DNA of 64,000 nt from an uncultured Clostridium sp. GTDB taxonomy: Bacteria > Bacillota > Clostridia > TANB77 > CAG-508. The notes below the pieces were generated by a model that made no database searches, had not been told where the DNA came from, and saw only the letters and a program-made list of their open reading frames with translations. A program made the position numbers and the translations under genes. Location: assembly GCA_900553225.1 (NCBI GenBank), contig USCV01000001.1, forward strand, positions 2,717 to 66,716, given 5' to 3'. Shown piece by piece: positions 32,046-41,883 of the stretch (position 1 is the stretch's first letter; each line of letters begins with the position of its first letter).

Positions 32046-32095
32046 CTATACTCCAAAAATTATAGTTCAAATGGTGGCTTTTTTCAAATCTTACA
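32046..32095 (+). terminator. Rho-independent terminator after the HK gene
   Basis: 10-bp perfect inverted repeat TTGAACTATA...TATAGTTCAA followed by GGTGGCTTTTTT. Confidence 0.6.
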
Positions 32096-32096
32096 A

Positions 32097-32118
32097 AAAA
32101 GTAAGATTTGTGTAATGC
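32097..32118. promoter_or_regulatory. Perfect palindrome AATCTTACAAAAAAGTAAGATT upstream of the bceA-like gene; candidate BceR-type response-regulator binding site
   Basis: 8-bp inverted repeat with a 6-bp spacer about 70 bp upstream of the ATG at 32186, where Bce-type regulators bind target promoters. Confidence 0.4.
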
Positions 32119-32185
32119 AAATCGATGGCAAGAAATAAAAAAGGTAGTACAATTAATGTAATAAAACAGAAAGGGAGATTGAAAG

Positions 32186-32954
32186 ATGGAAAATGTATTA
32201 GAAACTAAAAATATTGAAAAATACTATGGCAACAAGTCTAATCTAACAAAAGCTATCGATAATATTAGCTTTGAAGTGAAAAAAGGAGAGTTTGTTGGAA
32301 TAATGGGAGCAAGTGGATCACGGAAAAACAACACTTTTAAATTGCATTTCTACAATTGATAGAGTTACAGCAGGAAAAATAATAATTGATGGAAAAGACA
32401 TTACAAAATTAAAAGGAAATCAACTAAATAAATTTAGAAGAGAAAAACTCGGTTTTATATTTCAAGACTTTAATTTATTAGACACATTGACAGCTTATGA
32501 AAATATTGCATTAGCATTAACTATTTCAAAAGTGAATGCACATGAGATAGATAAAAAAGTAAAAGAAGTTGCTCAAAAACTTGGAATTTCAGACATATTA
32601 AATAAATACCCTTATCAAATATCTGGAGGACAAAAACAAAGAGTAGCATCAGCAAGAGCAATTATCACAAATCCAAAATTAATATTAGCAGATGAACCAA
32701 CAGGCGCATTGGATTCGAAATCTGCAAAACAATTACTAGAAAGTTTTGAAATTTTAAATCAAAAAATAAATTCAACTATAGTTATGGTTACACATGATTC
32801 TTTTACAGCAAGTTACGCAAGCAGAATATTATTTATAAAAGATGGAAAGATTTTTAATGAACTTATAAAAGGAAATGATACAAGAAAACAATTTTTCGAA
32901 AAGATAATAGAAGTTCAAACCTTATTAGGAGGTGAACTTGGAGATGTTATTTAA
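32186..32954 (+). CDS. ABC transporter ATP-binding protein (BceA-like), interrupted by a +1 frame break at in-frame CGG (32321-32323) inside the Walker A motif
   Basis: MENVLETKNIEKYYG...GEFVGIMGASGS then, after skipping the C, GKTTLLNCIS. Downstream are LSGGQKQRVASARA, the Walker B ILADEPTGALD and the H-loop. Confidence 0.85.
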
Positions 32955-35046
32955 ATTATCAATAAAAAACATGAAAAAGAGTTTTAAAGATTATGCAATA
33001 TACTTTATTACTTTGGTTTTAGGTGTAGCAGTATTTTATATGTTTAACTCCATTGATAGTCAAGAAGCAATGCTACAAGTATCAAGTTCTACTAAACAAA
33101 TGATAAAACTTATGATTAATATGCTTGGCATGGTATCGGTATTTATTGCTGTAATATTAGGACTCTTAATTGTATATGCTAATAATTTTTTAATAAATAG
33201 AAGAAAAAAAGAATTTGGAATATATATGACATTAGGAATGGGAAAAAGGCAAATCTCTAAAATTTTATTAATAGAGACAGTACTTGTTGGGATAATTTCT
33301 CTTGCAATAGGTCTTATATTAGGAATTTTCGCATCACAGTTTATGTCTATATTGGTTGCAAAATTATTTCAAGCAGATATGAGTAAATTTGAATTTGTAT
33401 TTTCGCAAAATGCTTGTATTAAAACTTGTATATATTTTGCTGTAATGTATTTGGCTGTATTACTTTTCAATGCATTTACAATATCAAGATATAAATTAAT
33501 AAACCTACTAACAGCAATTAAAAAGAATGAACAAATAAAAATGAAAAATCCAATAGTATGTATTATAGTTTTTATAATTGCAGCAGTAGGTTTAGGATAT
33601 GCTTATTGGGAAGTGACAAAAGGAATTTTCAACATGACAAATGTTAATGATACAACAAGAGCTATTGGAATATCAGTTTTACTTGGAGTAGTTGGAACAA
33701 TTTTAATATTTTGGTCTTTTTCAGGATTAATATTAAGATTAGTTCAAGCTAAAAAAAGTACATACTTAAAAGGAACTAATATGTTTGTACTAAGACAATT
33801 ACATAATAAAATTAATACAACTGTAATTAGTATGAGTGTAATATGTTTAATGCTATTTATGACAATTACCGCATTATCTTCATCAATTGCATTAAAAAAT
33901 TCTATGCAAGCTGATTTAGAAAAAATGACACCGGTAGATTTGAACTTATACAAAACAGCTAATTTACCAGAAAAGACTGTAAATAGTAATGAAAAAGAAA
34001 TTACTTATACACAAGAGTTACAAGAAGATTCAAAACAAGCTATTTCATATACGCTTATTCAAAATGGTTTTGATATGAAACAATTAAAAGATGTTATAGA
34101 AGCACCAATTTATGAAGCAGATGGATTTTCATGGAAAAAAACATTAGGAAAAGCTTCAGATCAAATAAAAGAACAATTTCCTAGAATGAAATTGGATATA
34201 CTAGAACAAGTAATGAAGATATCTGATTACAATAAAATTGCAAAATTATATGGAAATGAACAGTATTCTTTAAAAAATGATGAATATATTATAATTTGTA
34301 ATTATGAAAGTATAGCCAATATAAGAAATTTAGGATTGAAAGAAAAGACTATAATTAATTTAAATGGAAAAGAATATAAACCAAAATATAATGAATGCAA
34401 AGATGGATTTATACAAATATCAACAAGTCATACAAATGAAGGAATTATATTAGTTCCAGACAGTTGCAATTTTAGTGAAAAAGAACAAAAATTGTGGTTC
34501 TTAGTTGCTAATTATAATGCTAAAACAGATAAAGAAAAAGAACAAATAGAAAAGATGCTTACAAGCGATGAGTCTGAATTGGTACAAAAACTAAACAAAG
34601 AAAATAATACATTAGATGGAGAAACTAAAATAAGTATAATTGAATCAAGTGTTGGGTTATCAACTATAATAGTATTTATTGCAATTTATTTAGGAATTAT
34701 ATTTCTTATAGCAAGTTGTGCTATTTTAGCATTAAAACAACTAACAGAAAGCTCAGATAACAAACAAAGATATATTATATTAAGAAAAATAGGTTGTGAT
34801 GAGAAGATGATAAATCAAGCACTATTTAGACAAATAGGAATCTTCTTTGGATTACCACTTATTTTAGCAATAATTCACTCAATATTTGGAATACAATTTG
34901 CTATGTCTATATTTGATGTACTCGCGTCTAAAGAACAATTATTACCATCAATTATAGCAACTGCAATTGCTATAGGTGTAATTTATGGATGTTATTTTTT
35001 AGCAACATATATAGGAAGTAAAAACATCATTAAAGAGGAAGAATAA
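32944..35046 (+). CDS. FtsX-domain ABC permease, BceB-like (10 TM, large extracellular loop)
   Basis: N-terminus MLFKLSIKNMKKSFKDYAIYFITL resembles BceB. About 700 aa with a ~210-aa loop between TM7 and TM8. Confidence 0.8.
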   Translation: MLFKLSIKNMKKSFKDYAIYFITLVLGVAVFYMFNSIDSQEAMLQVSSSTKQMIKLMINMLGMVSVFIAVILGLLIVYANNFLINRRKKEFGIYMTLGMGKRQISKILLIETVLVGIISLAIGLILGIFASQFMSILVAKLFQADMSKFEFVFSQNACIKTCIYFAVMYLAVLLFNAFTISRYKLINLLTAIKKNEQIKMKNPIVCIIVFIIAAVGLGYAYWEVTKGIFNMTNVNDTTRAIGISVLLGVVGTILIFWSFSGLILRLVQAKKSTYLKGTNMFVLRQLHNKINTTVISMSVICLMLFMTITALSSSIALKNSMQADLEKMTPVDLNLYKTANLPEKTVNSNEKEITYTQELQEDSKQAISYTLIQNGFDMKQLKDVIEAPIYEADGFSWKKTLGKASDQIKEQFPRMKLDILEQVMKISDYNKIAKLYGNEQYSLKNDEYIIICNYESIANIRNLGLKEKTIINLNGKEYKPKYNECKDGFIQISTSHTNEGIILVPDSCNFSEKEQKLWFLVANYNAKTDKEKEQIEKMLTSDESELVQKLNKENNTLDGETKISIIESSVGLSTIIVFIAIYLGIIFLIASCAILALKQLTESSDNKQRYIILRKIGCDEKMINQALFRQIGIFFGLPLILAIIHSIFGIQFAMSIFDVLASKEQLLPSIIATAIAIGVIYGCYFLATYIGSKNIIKEEE

Positions 35047-35080
35047 TTTATATTAAAGGAGAAATTTAAAATGGAATATG

Positions 35081-35621
35081 AAAAAACAAAAAAGTATATG
35101 CAGTAGATTTATGGAGTAATCCTGAAGAAAATAGAGAATTCTTTACACAAATGGGATTAACAGATAAGCAAATTGTTCCCGTGAAAGCAGATGCTACAGA
35201 CTTAAAATTCGAAAAAGAATTTTTCGATGCAGTAGTTAGCACAGATTCATATAATTATTTTGGAAGAGATGAAAAATACTTAGATGAAAAACTTTTACCT
35301 TTTGTGAAAAATGGAGGATACATTTACATAGTTGTTCCAGGAATGAAGAAAGATTGTCATAGCGACATTCCAAAAGAATTGCTTTTACCTTGGACTCCTG
35401 AACAATTAGACTATATTCACGATATTGAATACTGGAGAAACATTGTTTCAAAATCAAAGAACAGTGAAATAATTTCAATTTATGAAATGGAAAGTAATGA
35501 AGAATGTTGGAATGATTGGATACAATGCGATAATGAGTATTCTAGAAGCGATAGAAAAGCCATTGAAGCAGGAGCATGCAAATATTTAAACTTTATTGCT
35601 ATTGTTCTGAAGAAAAAATAA
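35081..35621 (+). pseudogene. Class I SAM-dependent methyltransferase, 5'-truncated remnant (lacks motif I); an 11-codon ORF MEYEKTKKYMQ* with a good RBS precedes in another frame
   Basis: KKVYAVDLW...PVKADATDLKFEKEFFDAVVSTDSYNYFG corresponds to motifs II-III of small-molecule MTases. Only ~70 nt separate it from the permease stop, so the SAM-binding N-terminus is absent. Confidence 0.5.
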
Positions 35622-35630
35622 ATTCTTATT

Positions 35631-35670
35631 AAGAGGGTAACAATTCAAATTGTCACCCTCTAATATTTTT
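35631..35670 (+). terminator. Rho-independent terminator
   Basis: AGAGGGTAACAATT-CAA-ATTGTCACCCTCT hairpin followed by an AT-rich T-run. Confidence 0.6.
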
Positions 35671-35869
35671 AAGGAAGACTAAAAATGACTATTCCAGAGA
35701 AAAAAATATATACTCGTACAGGTGATAAACAAACAGAACAGAAACTTTGTAATTTATGCTATCGTATGACAGAAAAGTGAAGTACCGTATTGCCAAATTT
35801 ATTCTTTTTATGATATAATATTAGAATAAAACTTAAATGGTTGTATCTATACAAAGGAGGAATATTAAA

Positions 35870-36175
35870 ATGAATGAATTTAAGGTTATTGTTGTAATGA
35901 ATGAAACAATGTTAAATGTTCTAAAAGACAAAAATTCTGATTATTCATTAAATTTAAAAATTCAAAAATATTTAAAAGATGAAGCTCTCTTCTTTAAAAT
36001 AAATAAACAAAATGCTTATAAAATCTTGCAAGCGGTAGGCGTAAAACAGGAGCAATTGGAAGGGGTGTACAAGAAGTTAATAGAACCAAATATGTTTTAT
36101 GATTTATTAAATAGAGGAAAAATAAATGCTGCTGATGATAGCATAATTATTAAATATGATACTTATCGGCTATGA
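35870..36175 (+). CDS. Hypothetical small protein
   Basis: AAAGGAGG RBS before the ATG at 35870. No recognisable domain. An in-frame CGG sits 3 codons before the stop (36167); the +1 reading would extend it by 11 codons. Confidence 0.35.
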   Translation: MNEFKVIVVMNETMLNVLKDKNSDYSLNLKIQKYLKDEALFFKINKQNAYKILQAVGVKQEQLEGVYKKLIEPNMFYDLLNRGKINAADDSIIIKYDTYRL

Positions 36176-36230
36176 CGACTTATTTAAAAAAAGAAAATAA
36201 TATATAAAAAAAGTAATGGGGGAAAAATAA

Positions 36231-37244
36231 ATGCGTGATGAATATATAAAAAAATTTTATGACGAAATAAGCCAAGAACTAGAGGGGAATTATAAAATAA
36301 TATTAGAACCTAATAGAGAACTTAAAGAAGATTGGATTGAATATGATCAAGTAAAATGGGAGATGGATGAGCAACTTCAGAATTTAGTGACAAAATTATT
36401 AAAAGAAAAATCAATGAATTTTGAAGATAAAGTTTTGGAAATTTATAAATACATATGTTTGAATTATATATATGATGATAATGTGTTATATTTCTTTAAA
36501 AAGGATTTAAGTGATATAAACAATATAAAATATATAGCAGTAGATTGGTATGGAAGAATAGTTGGTGATAAGTGGAAGGAAAATCGAAAAAAACATAATA
36601 GAAGAATATGTTATGAATTTTCTAGATTTTATGCAAAAGCAATAAATGAGTTACTAGAAGGAAATGATAGTTTAGAAGCTTTTATGTTTGGAGATAAAGA
36701 AAATTTACATTATGTTGTTGGATTAACAGGCGAAGAATATAGTGTTATTTTAGATTTAGATGATTTTAATAATATAAAAGATCTTACTAGAGTAAAATTA
36801 GGTCTAAAAATTAAAGGAATAAAAATACTTAGGGATAATTCAGGAAAATTTCAAAAAGCCGTTGATAAGTTTAATAAAGACAAAAAAGATGAGTTGACTG
36901 AGATAGAGGAAGCACAAAAAAACTTAAAAGACAAAAATCTTATTGAGTACTTTAAGAGTGTTGTAAAAACATTAAATAGTTATCAGATTGATTCACAAGG
37001 ATTTTGTGAATATATTAAAGCAATAGTTGAGAATGAGGGCATTGAAGTTGAAAAAGTATGGAAGGAAGTTAAAGGAGCTGATGAAAAAAGATATGCAAAA
37101 TGTATAATTTTCGACTTTGAGTCTAAAACATATTTAGTTGATAGTGTTGATAAAGAAATGAGTATAATAAACAAAGAAGATTTAGATAAAAAAATTTTTA
37201 TATTTAATCCAGAAGAGAATGAATATCCTTATTATGGAGGGTAA
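36231..37244 (+). CDS. Hypothetical protein with putative transglutaminase-like (Cys-His-Asp) core; paralog of the next gene
   Basis: HNRRICYEFSRFYA (Cys), NLHYVVGL (His) and VILDLDDF (Asp) are spaced as in transglutaminase-like cysteine-protease folds. Roughly 45% identical to 37292..38392 over the core. Confidence 0.4.
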   Translation: MRDEYIKKFYDEISQELEGNYKIILEPNRELKEDWIEYDQVKWEMDEQLQNLVTKLLKEKSMNFEDKVLEIYKYICLNYIYDDNVLYFFKKDLSDINNIKYIAVDWYGRIVGDKWKENRKKHNRRICYEFSRFYAKAINELLEGNDSLEAFMFGDKENLHYVVGLTGEEYSVILDLDDFNNIKDLTRVKLGLKIKGIKILRDNSGKFQKAVDKFNKDKKDELTEIEEAQKNLKDKNLIEYFKSVVKTLNSYQIDSQGFCEYIKAIVENEGIEVEKVWKEVKGADEKRYAKCIIFDFESKTYLVDSVDKEMSIINKEDLDKKIFIFNPEENEYPYYGG

Positions 37245-37291
37245 TTTAATATAATAATTAATAATCATTAATAATATAAGGAGAAATTAAA

Positions 37292-38392
37292 ATGAGTATA
37301 AATATAGAAAGACTTGACAGATTAAATAAACTAGTAAGTTTATCTTTTAGAAGAAAACATTCAATTGTATTAAATCCAGAAGAAAAGATTAATGATAAAG
37401 ACGAACTTAATGAGGATATAATATATGATGAGGCAAGTTGGAAAATAACAAATGAACTTCAAGAATATATTGATAAGTTATCTGAAGATGATAAATTAAG
37501 TGTAGAAGATAAAATTTTATTAACTTATGAAAAATTATGTAAGGATTATGTATATGATGACAATTTAATATCTTATATAAAAAAGATTGATGATGATGTA
37601 TTTAGTTTACCAGATTGGTATGGAAGAGATGTTGATCAAGAATGGGAAAAAAATAGAGAGCAACATAATAGAAGGATCTGTTTTGAGCTATCTAGATATT
37701 TAGCAAAAGCATTGACAGAATTATTAAAAGACAATAACGATTATAATATTTGTATTTTCTGGAATAAAAATCTTACACATTACTTTGTTGGATTAACTTG
37801 CAATGATTATAGTTTGGTTTTAGATTTAGATGACTTTTTTAACATAAAAGATCTTACAAGAATAAAAGCAGACTTAACTGCCGAAGGAATAGTAATTTTA
37901 GAAGATTATGAAAATAAATTTAAAAATGCACTTGATAAATTTAATGAAGGCAGAAGTGAGTATGCTATAAAAAAAGTAGAAGATGAAATAAACAATGATA
38001 ATACCAATTCAAACCATAATACAGAAAAGGATTCTGATAAAAAAGAAGAAAATGAAGACATTGTGTTTTTTAAGAAAGCAATAGAAGTATTAACAAAAAA
38101 ATATGATATTGATTCACAAGGCATATATGAATATATGAAAGAAATAGTTGATATTAAACTAGGACCAGATGGAAGAGAAAAAATATGGAAAAAAATAGAT
38201 GGAAATACTAAGGAATCAACTAGGTATATAAGATGTTTAGTTTTGAATATAGATAATGAAAAGTATGTTATTGATGTTGATGAAAAGATAGTACGACCAT
38301 TTGATGAGAAAGAATTAACAGAGAAAAGGGCACGTTTCGTGCCATATAAAGAACTTTCTCGTGGTGGTTTTGACTATTATGATGGTACATAA
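37292..38392 (+). CDS. Paralog of 36231..37244 (putative transglutaminase-like domain protein with an acidic insert)
   Basis: HNRRICFELSRYLA...LTHYFVGL...LVLDLDDF. Same architecture, plus a D/E/N-rich low-complexity stretch. Confidence 0.4.
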   Translation: MSINIERLDRLNKLVSLSFRRKHSIVLNPEEKINDKDELNEDIIYDEASWKITNELQEYIDKLSEDDKLSVEDKILLTYEKLCKDYVYDDNLISYIKKIDDDVFSLPDWYGRDVDQEWEKNREQHNRRICFELSRYLAKALTELLKDNNDYNICIFWNKNLTHYFVGLTCNDYSLVLDLDDFFNIKDLTRIKADLTAEGIVILEDYENKFKNALDKFNEGRSEYAIKKVEDEINNDNTNSNHNTEKDSDKKEENEDIVFFKKAIEVLTKKYDIDSQGIYEYMKEIVDIKLGPDGREKIWKKIDGNTKESTRYIRCLVLNIDNEKYVIDVDEKIVRPFDEKELTEKRARFVPYKELSRGGFDYYDGT

Positions 38393-38520
38393 CAAATTTT
38401 AATATCAGTAGGGATGGTTACGTTTGACGAAAAAAAATAGAAAATAATTAGCAAGTGTCAAACAAAGCCATCCCTATTGACAATAATTGACATAATAATA
38501 AAGGAAGTAGAAGAAGATAG

Positions 38521-39316
38521 ATGAAGGAAGAAATAATAGAAAATAAAAATTCATATGAAAAAATAGATTTAACTAGAAAAATTGGAGTATTTGATTCTGG
38601 AATTGGTGGAGTTACAGTTCTAAGAGAGTTAATTAAGATTCTTCCAAAAGAAAATTATATTTATTATAGTGATTCAAAGAATAATCCATATGGAGATAAA
38701 ACTCAAGAAGAGATAATAAATATATGTGACGAAATTGTACAATTTTTTATAAGAAAAAATTGCAAAGCAATTGTAATTGCATGTAATACTGCAACTGCTA
38801 ATGCGGTTTCGTATTTAAGAAACAAATACAATAACATTCCATTTGTTGCAATTGAACCGGCATATAAAATGGTATATGATTATGCTTATAATGAAGAAAC
38901 TCTAGTTATGGCAACAAAAGGAACAATCGAAAGTGAAAAGTTTAATTTACTTTATGAAAAATACAATAATCACAAAACAAAATTGTTACCTTGTGTGGGA
39001 CTAGCTGATGTGATAGAAGAGGGAGACCCAAAAAAGCAAAAGAAAGTATTAGAAAAAATATTAAAACCATATAAAGGAAAAGTTAAAAATGTAGTTCTTC
39101 GGTTGTACACATTATCCATTAATAGAACAAGAAATTGCAGAAACTTTAGGAGGAAATATAAAGTTTTTTAATGGAGCGCCAAGACTTGCAAAACACTTAT
39201 ATGAAATTTTGCAGGAAAATGATTTGATAGATGAAAATGAAGGAAAGATAGAATTTTATGATTCAAACCATTCAGAAAAAAAGAAAGAAAGATTTTTTAA
39301 TAATGTTCTATCTTAA
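38521..39316 (+). CDS. murI: Glutamate racemase MurI, interrupted by a +1 frame break at in-frame CGG (39100-39102)
   Basis: GVFDSGIGGVTV...IACNTA...KNVVL then, after skipping the C, GCTHYPLIEQEIAETLGGNIKFFNGAPRLAKHLYEIL.. to a stop at 39316. The second catalytic Cys block (GCTHYP) is only in the +1 frame. Confidence 0.8.
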
Positions 39317-39339
39317 AAAAAGAAGAAGGATAATGCTAA

Positions 39340-39400
39340 AAAATATTTGTAAAAATAGAAACTCAATATAAAAGATTAACTTTATATATGAGTTTCTTAT
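39340..39400. terminator. Bidirectional hairpin between murI (+) and the convergent minus-strand gene
   Basis: GAAACTCA...TGAGTTTC stem with a nested ATATAAAG/CTTTATAT loop, T-rich on both sides. Confidence 0.45.
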
Positions 39401-39426
39401 TTATGCAAAATATTGTTTATAATTCA

Positions 39427-39732
39427 TTAGAGTTCAAAGGTTGAATATATATCTAATAATCTATCTAATTCATAACTTTCAGTCTCCTGATTCATTGAAA
39501 GATCATAAAACTCAATTGCATCAGTTTTCATATCATACTCTAAGTATTCTATACATTTATTTTTCAGGTCTTTCAAATCTGTATATGAAAAGTCTTTATC
39601 ATATTTTTTTACATGTTCAATAAGTAATGATTTTATTTCTTGGTGCAATATATAAATGCAGTAAGAATAGTCCCCCTGGTTTAGCCTTTTTTTAAACTCA
39701 TTTTTATTAAAGCTCAATATCGTCACCTCCAT
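39427..39732 (-). CDS. Hypothetical small protein (~100 aa), start overlaps the end of the upstream large gene
   Basis: GGAGGTGA RBS embedded in the last codons of the upstream gene. No recognisable domain. Confidence 0.35.
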   Translation of the reverse strand: MEVTILSFNKNEFKKRLNQGDYSYCIYILHQEIKSLLIEHVKKYDKDFSYTDLKDLKNKCIEYLEYDMKTDAIEFYDLSMNQETESYELDRLLDIYSTFEL

Positions 39733-41627
39733 TAGGATATTCTTGCATTTCTTTTTTATTAGAATCAATACAAGTAGAAAATGATTTTTTAATCTCACTT
39801 GGTATTTTCACATATTCATTATCTTTTTTTATATAAACTTGTAATGGCTTACCTGGTTCATATTCACCTAAATTTACATATGTTCTTATAAAGCTCTTTT
39901 TCTTACGTCCTTTATCATCAATTATAGTAGACTTAAACTTTTCTGGTACTTTAGATGAATCTCTAAGCCAATTAAGATGTAAAATGAAGTCTTTATTTAA
40001 ACCATTAGGATTTGCAGCAACGGCTTTCTTTAACACTTTTTCTTGTTCTTTTGTAAAAGGCAAGATTTGTTGCGCTGAAATAATTTCTCCATTAGGAAAT
40101 GTAAAGTCTGATTTACCTTCGTAGATAGGAATATATTCGTTTCCATTTTGCAGTGAAACCAAAAAGTCTTTTAAAACATTAAGCTTTATATGCTCTCTTA
40201 CTGGAAATGTAAGCTTAGTATCTAATCCAAGGCAAACAAAATTTGGGTTCAACATTATTTGTGTTCCATCATCTAAAACTGAATCAGGAATTATACCGGC
40301 ATTTATAATATCAGAACTATTATCCAAATTAGAAATAAGTGAATTTAATATTTCATCTTTCATGTTATAAATATTAATCACAGGACTAATTAGTTCTGCA
40401 TATAATATTGCATTATTCTCTATAGTATTATTGGACTTAGATAACAATTGCGTAAAGAATTTTTGGTAATCTGTAGAATACAAAGATTTTAATTGTTTAG
40501 CTAGTGGAACATAAGAATAAGTTATATAATTTTTGTTTTCATCAGTAGTATATGTATTCTTAGGTAGTGTGCCTTTGTAATAAGCTTCTTGACGATCATT
40601 AATAAATCGTTGAGAATGTCTTCGTAACATCATACATTTAATTAGAGTTGTCTCAAGCGCATCTTTATTAATGTCGCTAATATCAAATGTATTATCTAAT
40701 ATTTTAGGCAATACACCTAAAGTTTTAATAGCAAATATACCATTGGCGTAGCTATCTAATTCTTTAGCATATCTATTTATCCAAAATGAATTTAAAATCA
40801 TTAAATCATGAACTGACATATTACGAAGAATTTGCGGACTTGTAATATCTATATTCTTTTTACCAGAGATAAACTCTTTGAAATCCATCCTTTCAAAGTT
40901 TAGAGACTCAAGTTCAGTATATTTTTGAAATAGATTTAATGATGATATTTGCTTTGCAATTGAAGAAATTGAATCTGCAAGTATATTTTTAAGATTTTCA
41001 GCTAAAAGCTTTTCATCTTGTGGTAAAAACTTTTTTGCACCAAAAAGATAAAAATTAGCTAATTGCATTGAGAATTCTCTATCATGTTTAGATGAAACAT
41101 GTTTATTTATATAAGTTTGTATTCTTTTTATTTTTTCCTCTTTTTTAAGTTCAGGGTTTTCTAAGATACTTTTTAATGTTAAATCATTCATCACAAATTT
41201 TTCACATTGCGTATATACCTCTTCTTCAAAAGCCTTTGTCATAGATTGAGTGTAAAAAGTTAAATAATCTCTAAAATTGTTTTTTGATGGCATATTCATT
41301 TTAAGTGCATCAACTTTTATTTTCCCACTTTTTAATCCGATCATGTATTTCATCAAAAACTTTTGGATTTGACTTTAAATACTGACAAGAAATGTAAAGC
41401 ATATAGTAATCAAATGCAAAGGAAGATTTAAAAGCAGTTTTACCCAAATCTAAATAATCTTCTCTAAGCAAATCTTCAAATTCTTCTAGTGTTAAGTCGG
41501 GGTTTTGACTTTGCATACCTTTTAGATATGGTTGTAGTGTATATATAATATACTTTTTTAAGTTTGATACATCATCTTTTGATATATATTTTTTTGCCTT
41601 TTTATAATCCTTCTCAAAAGCAGTCAT
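39707..41627 (-). CDS. Large cytoplasmic hypothetical protein (~640 aa), interrupted by a +1 frame break at in-frame CGG (complement of 41347-41349)
   Basis: ORFs 41310..41627 and 39707..41356 overlap by 47 nt. On the coding strand ...DEIHD-CGG-ATT.. becomes DEIHD-GLKSGKIKVDALKM.. when the C is skipped. No TM segments and no recognisable domains. Confidence 0.6.
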
Positions 41628-41883
41628 AAATTTTCCTCCAATATATAAAACTAAACATTATTATACCATATATAAAAGAAAATTACAATTTTTTGAAGAA
41701 GTAAACATAAAATGAAGCAAATACTTTTTTTATTGGAATAAATAGTCATCAAATTACTAAAAAAGCAATAAGTAAATCTTATACACAAATTTTAGCAATT
41801 ACTACTTGAATATATGTGCATGTGTATATATAATAAGATCGATAATAAATATATATATTATTTTTAATATAGGAGGATAAAGT

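Noticed and set aside
39180-39320. Unannotated coding potential after the murI ORF end at 39171.
   Set aside because: This is not a separate gene; it is the normal C-terminus of MurI (GGNIKFFNGAPRLAKHLYEIL...) in the +1 frame after CGG 39100.
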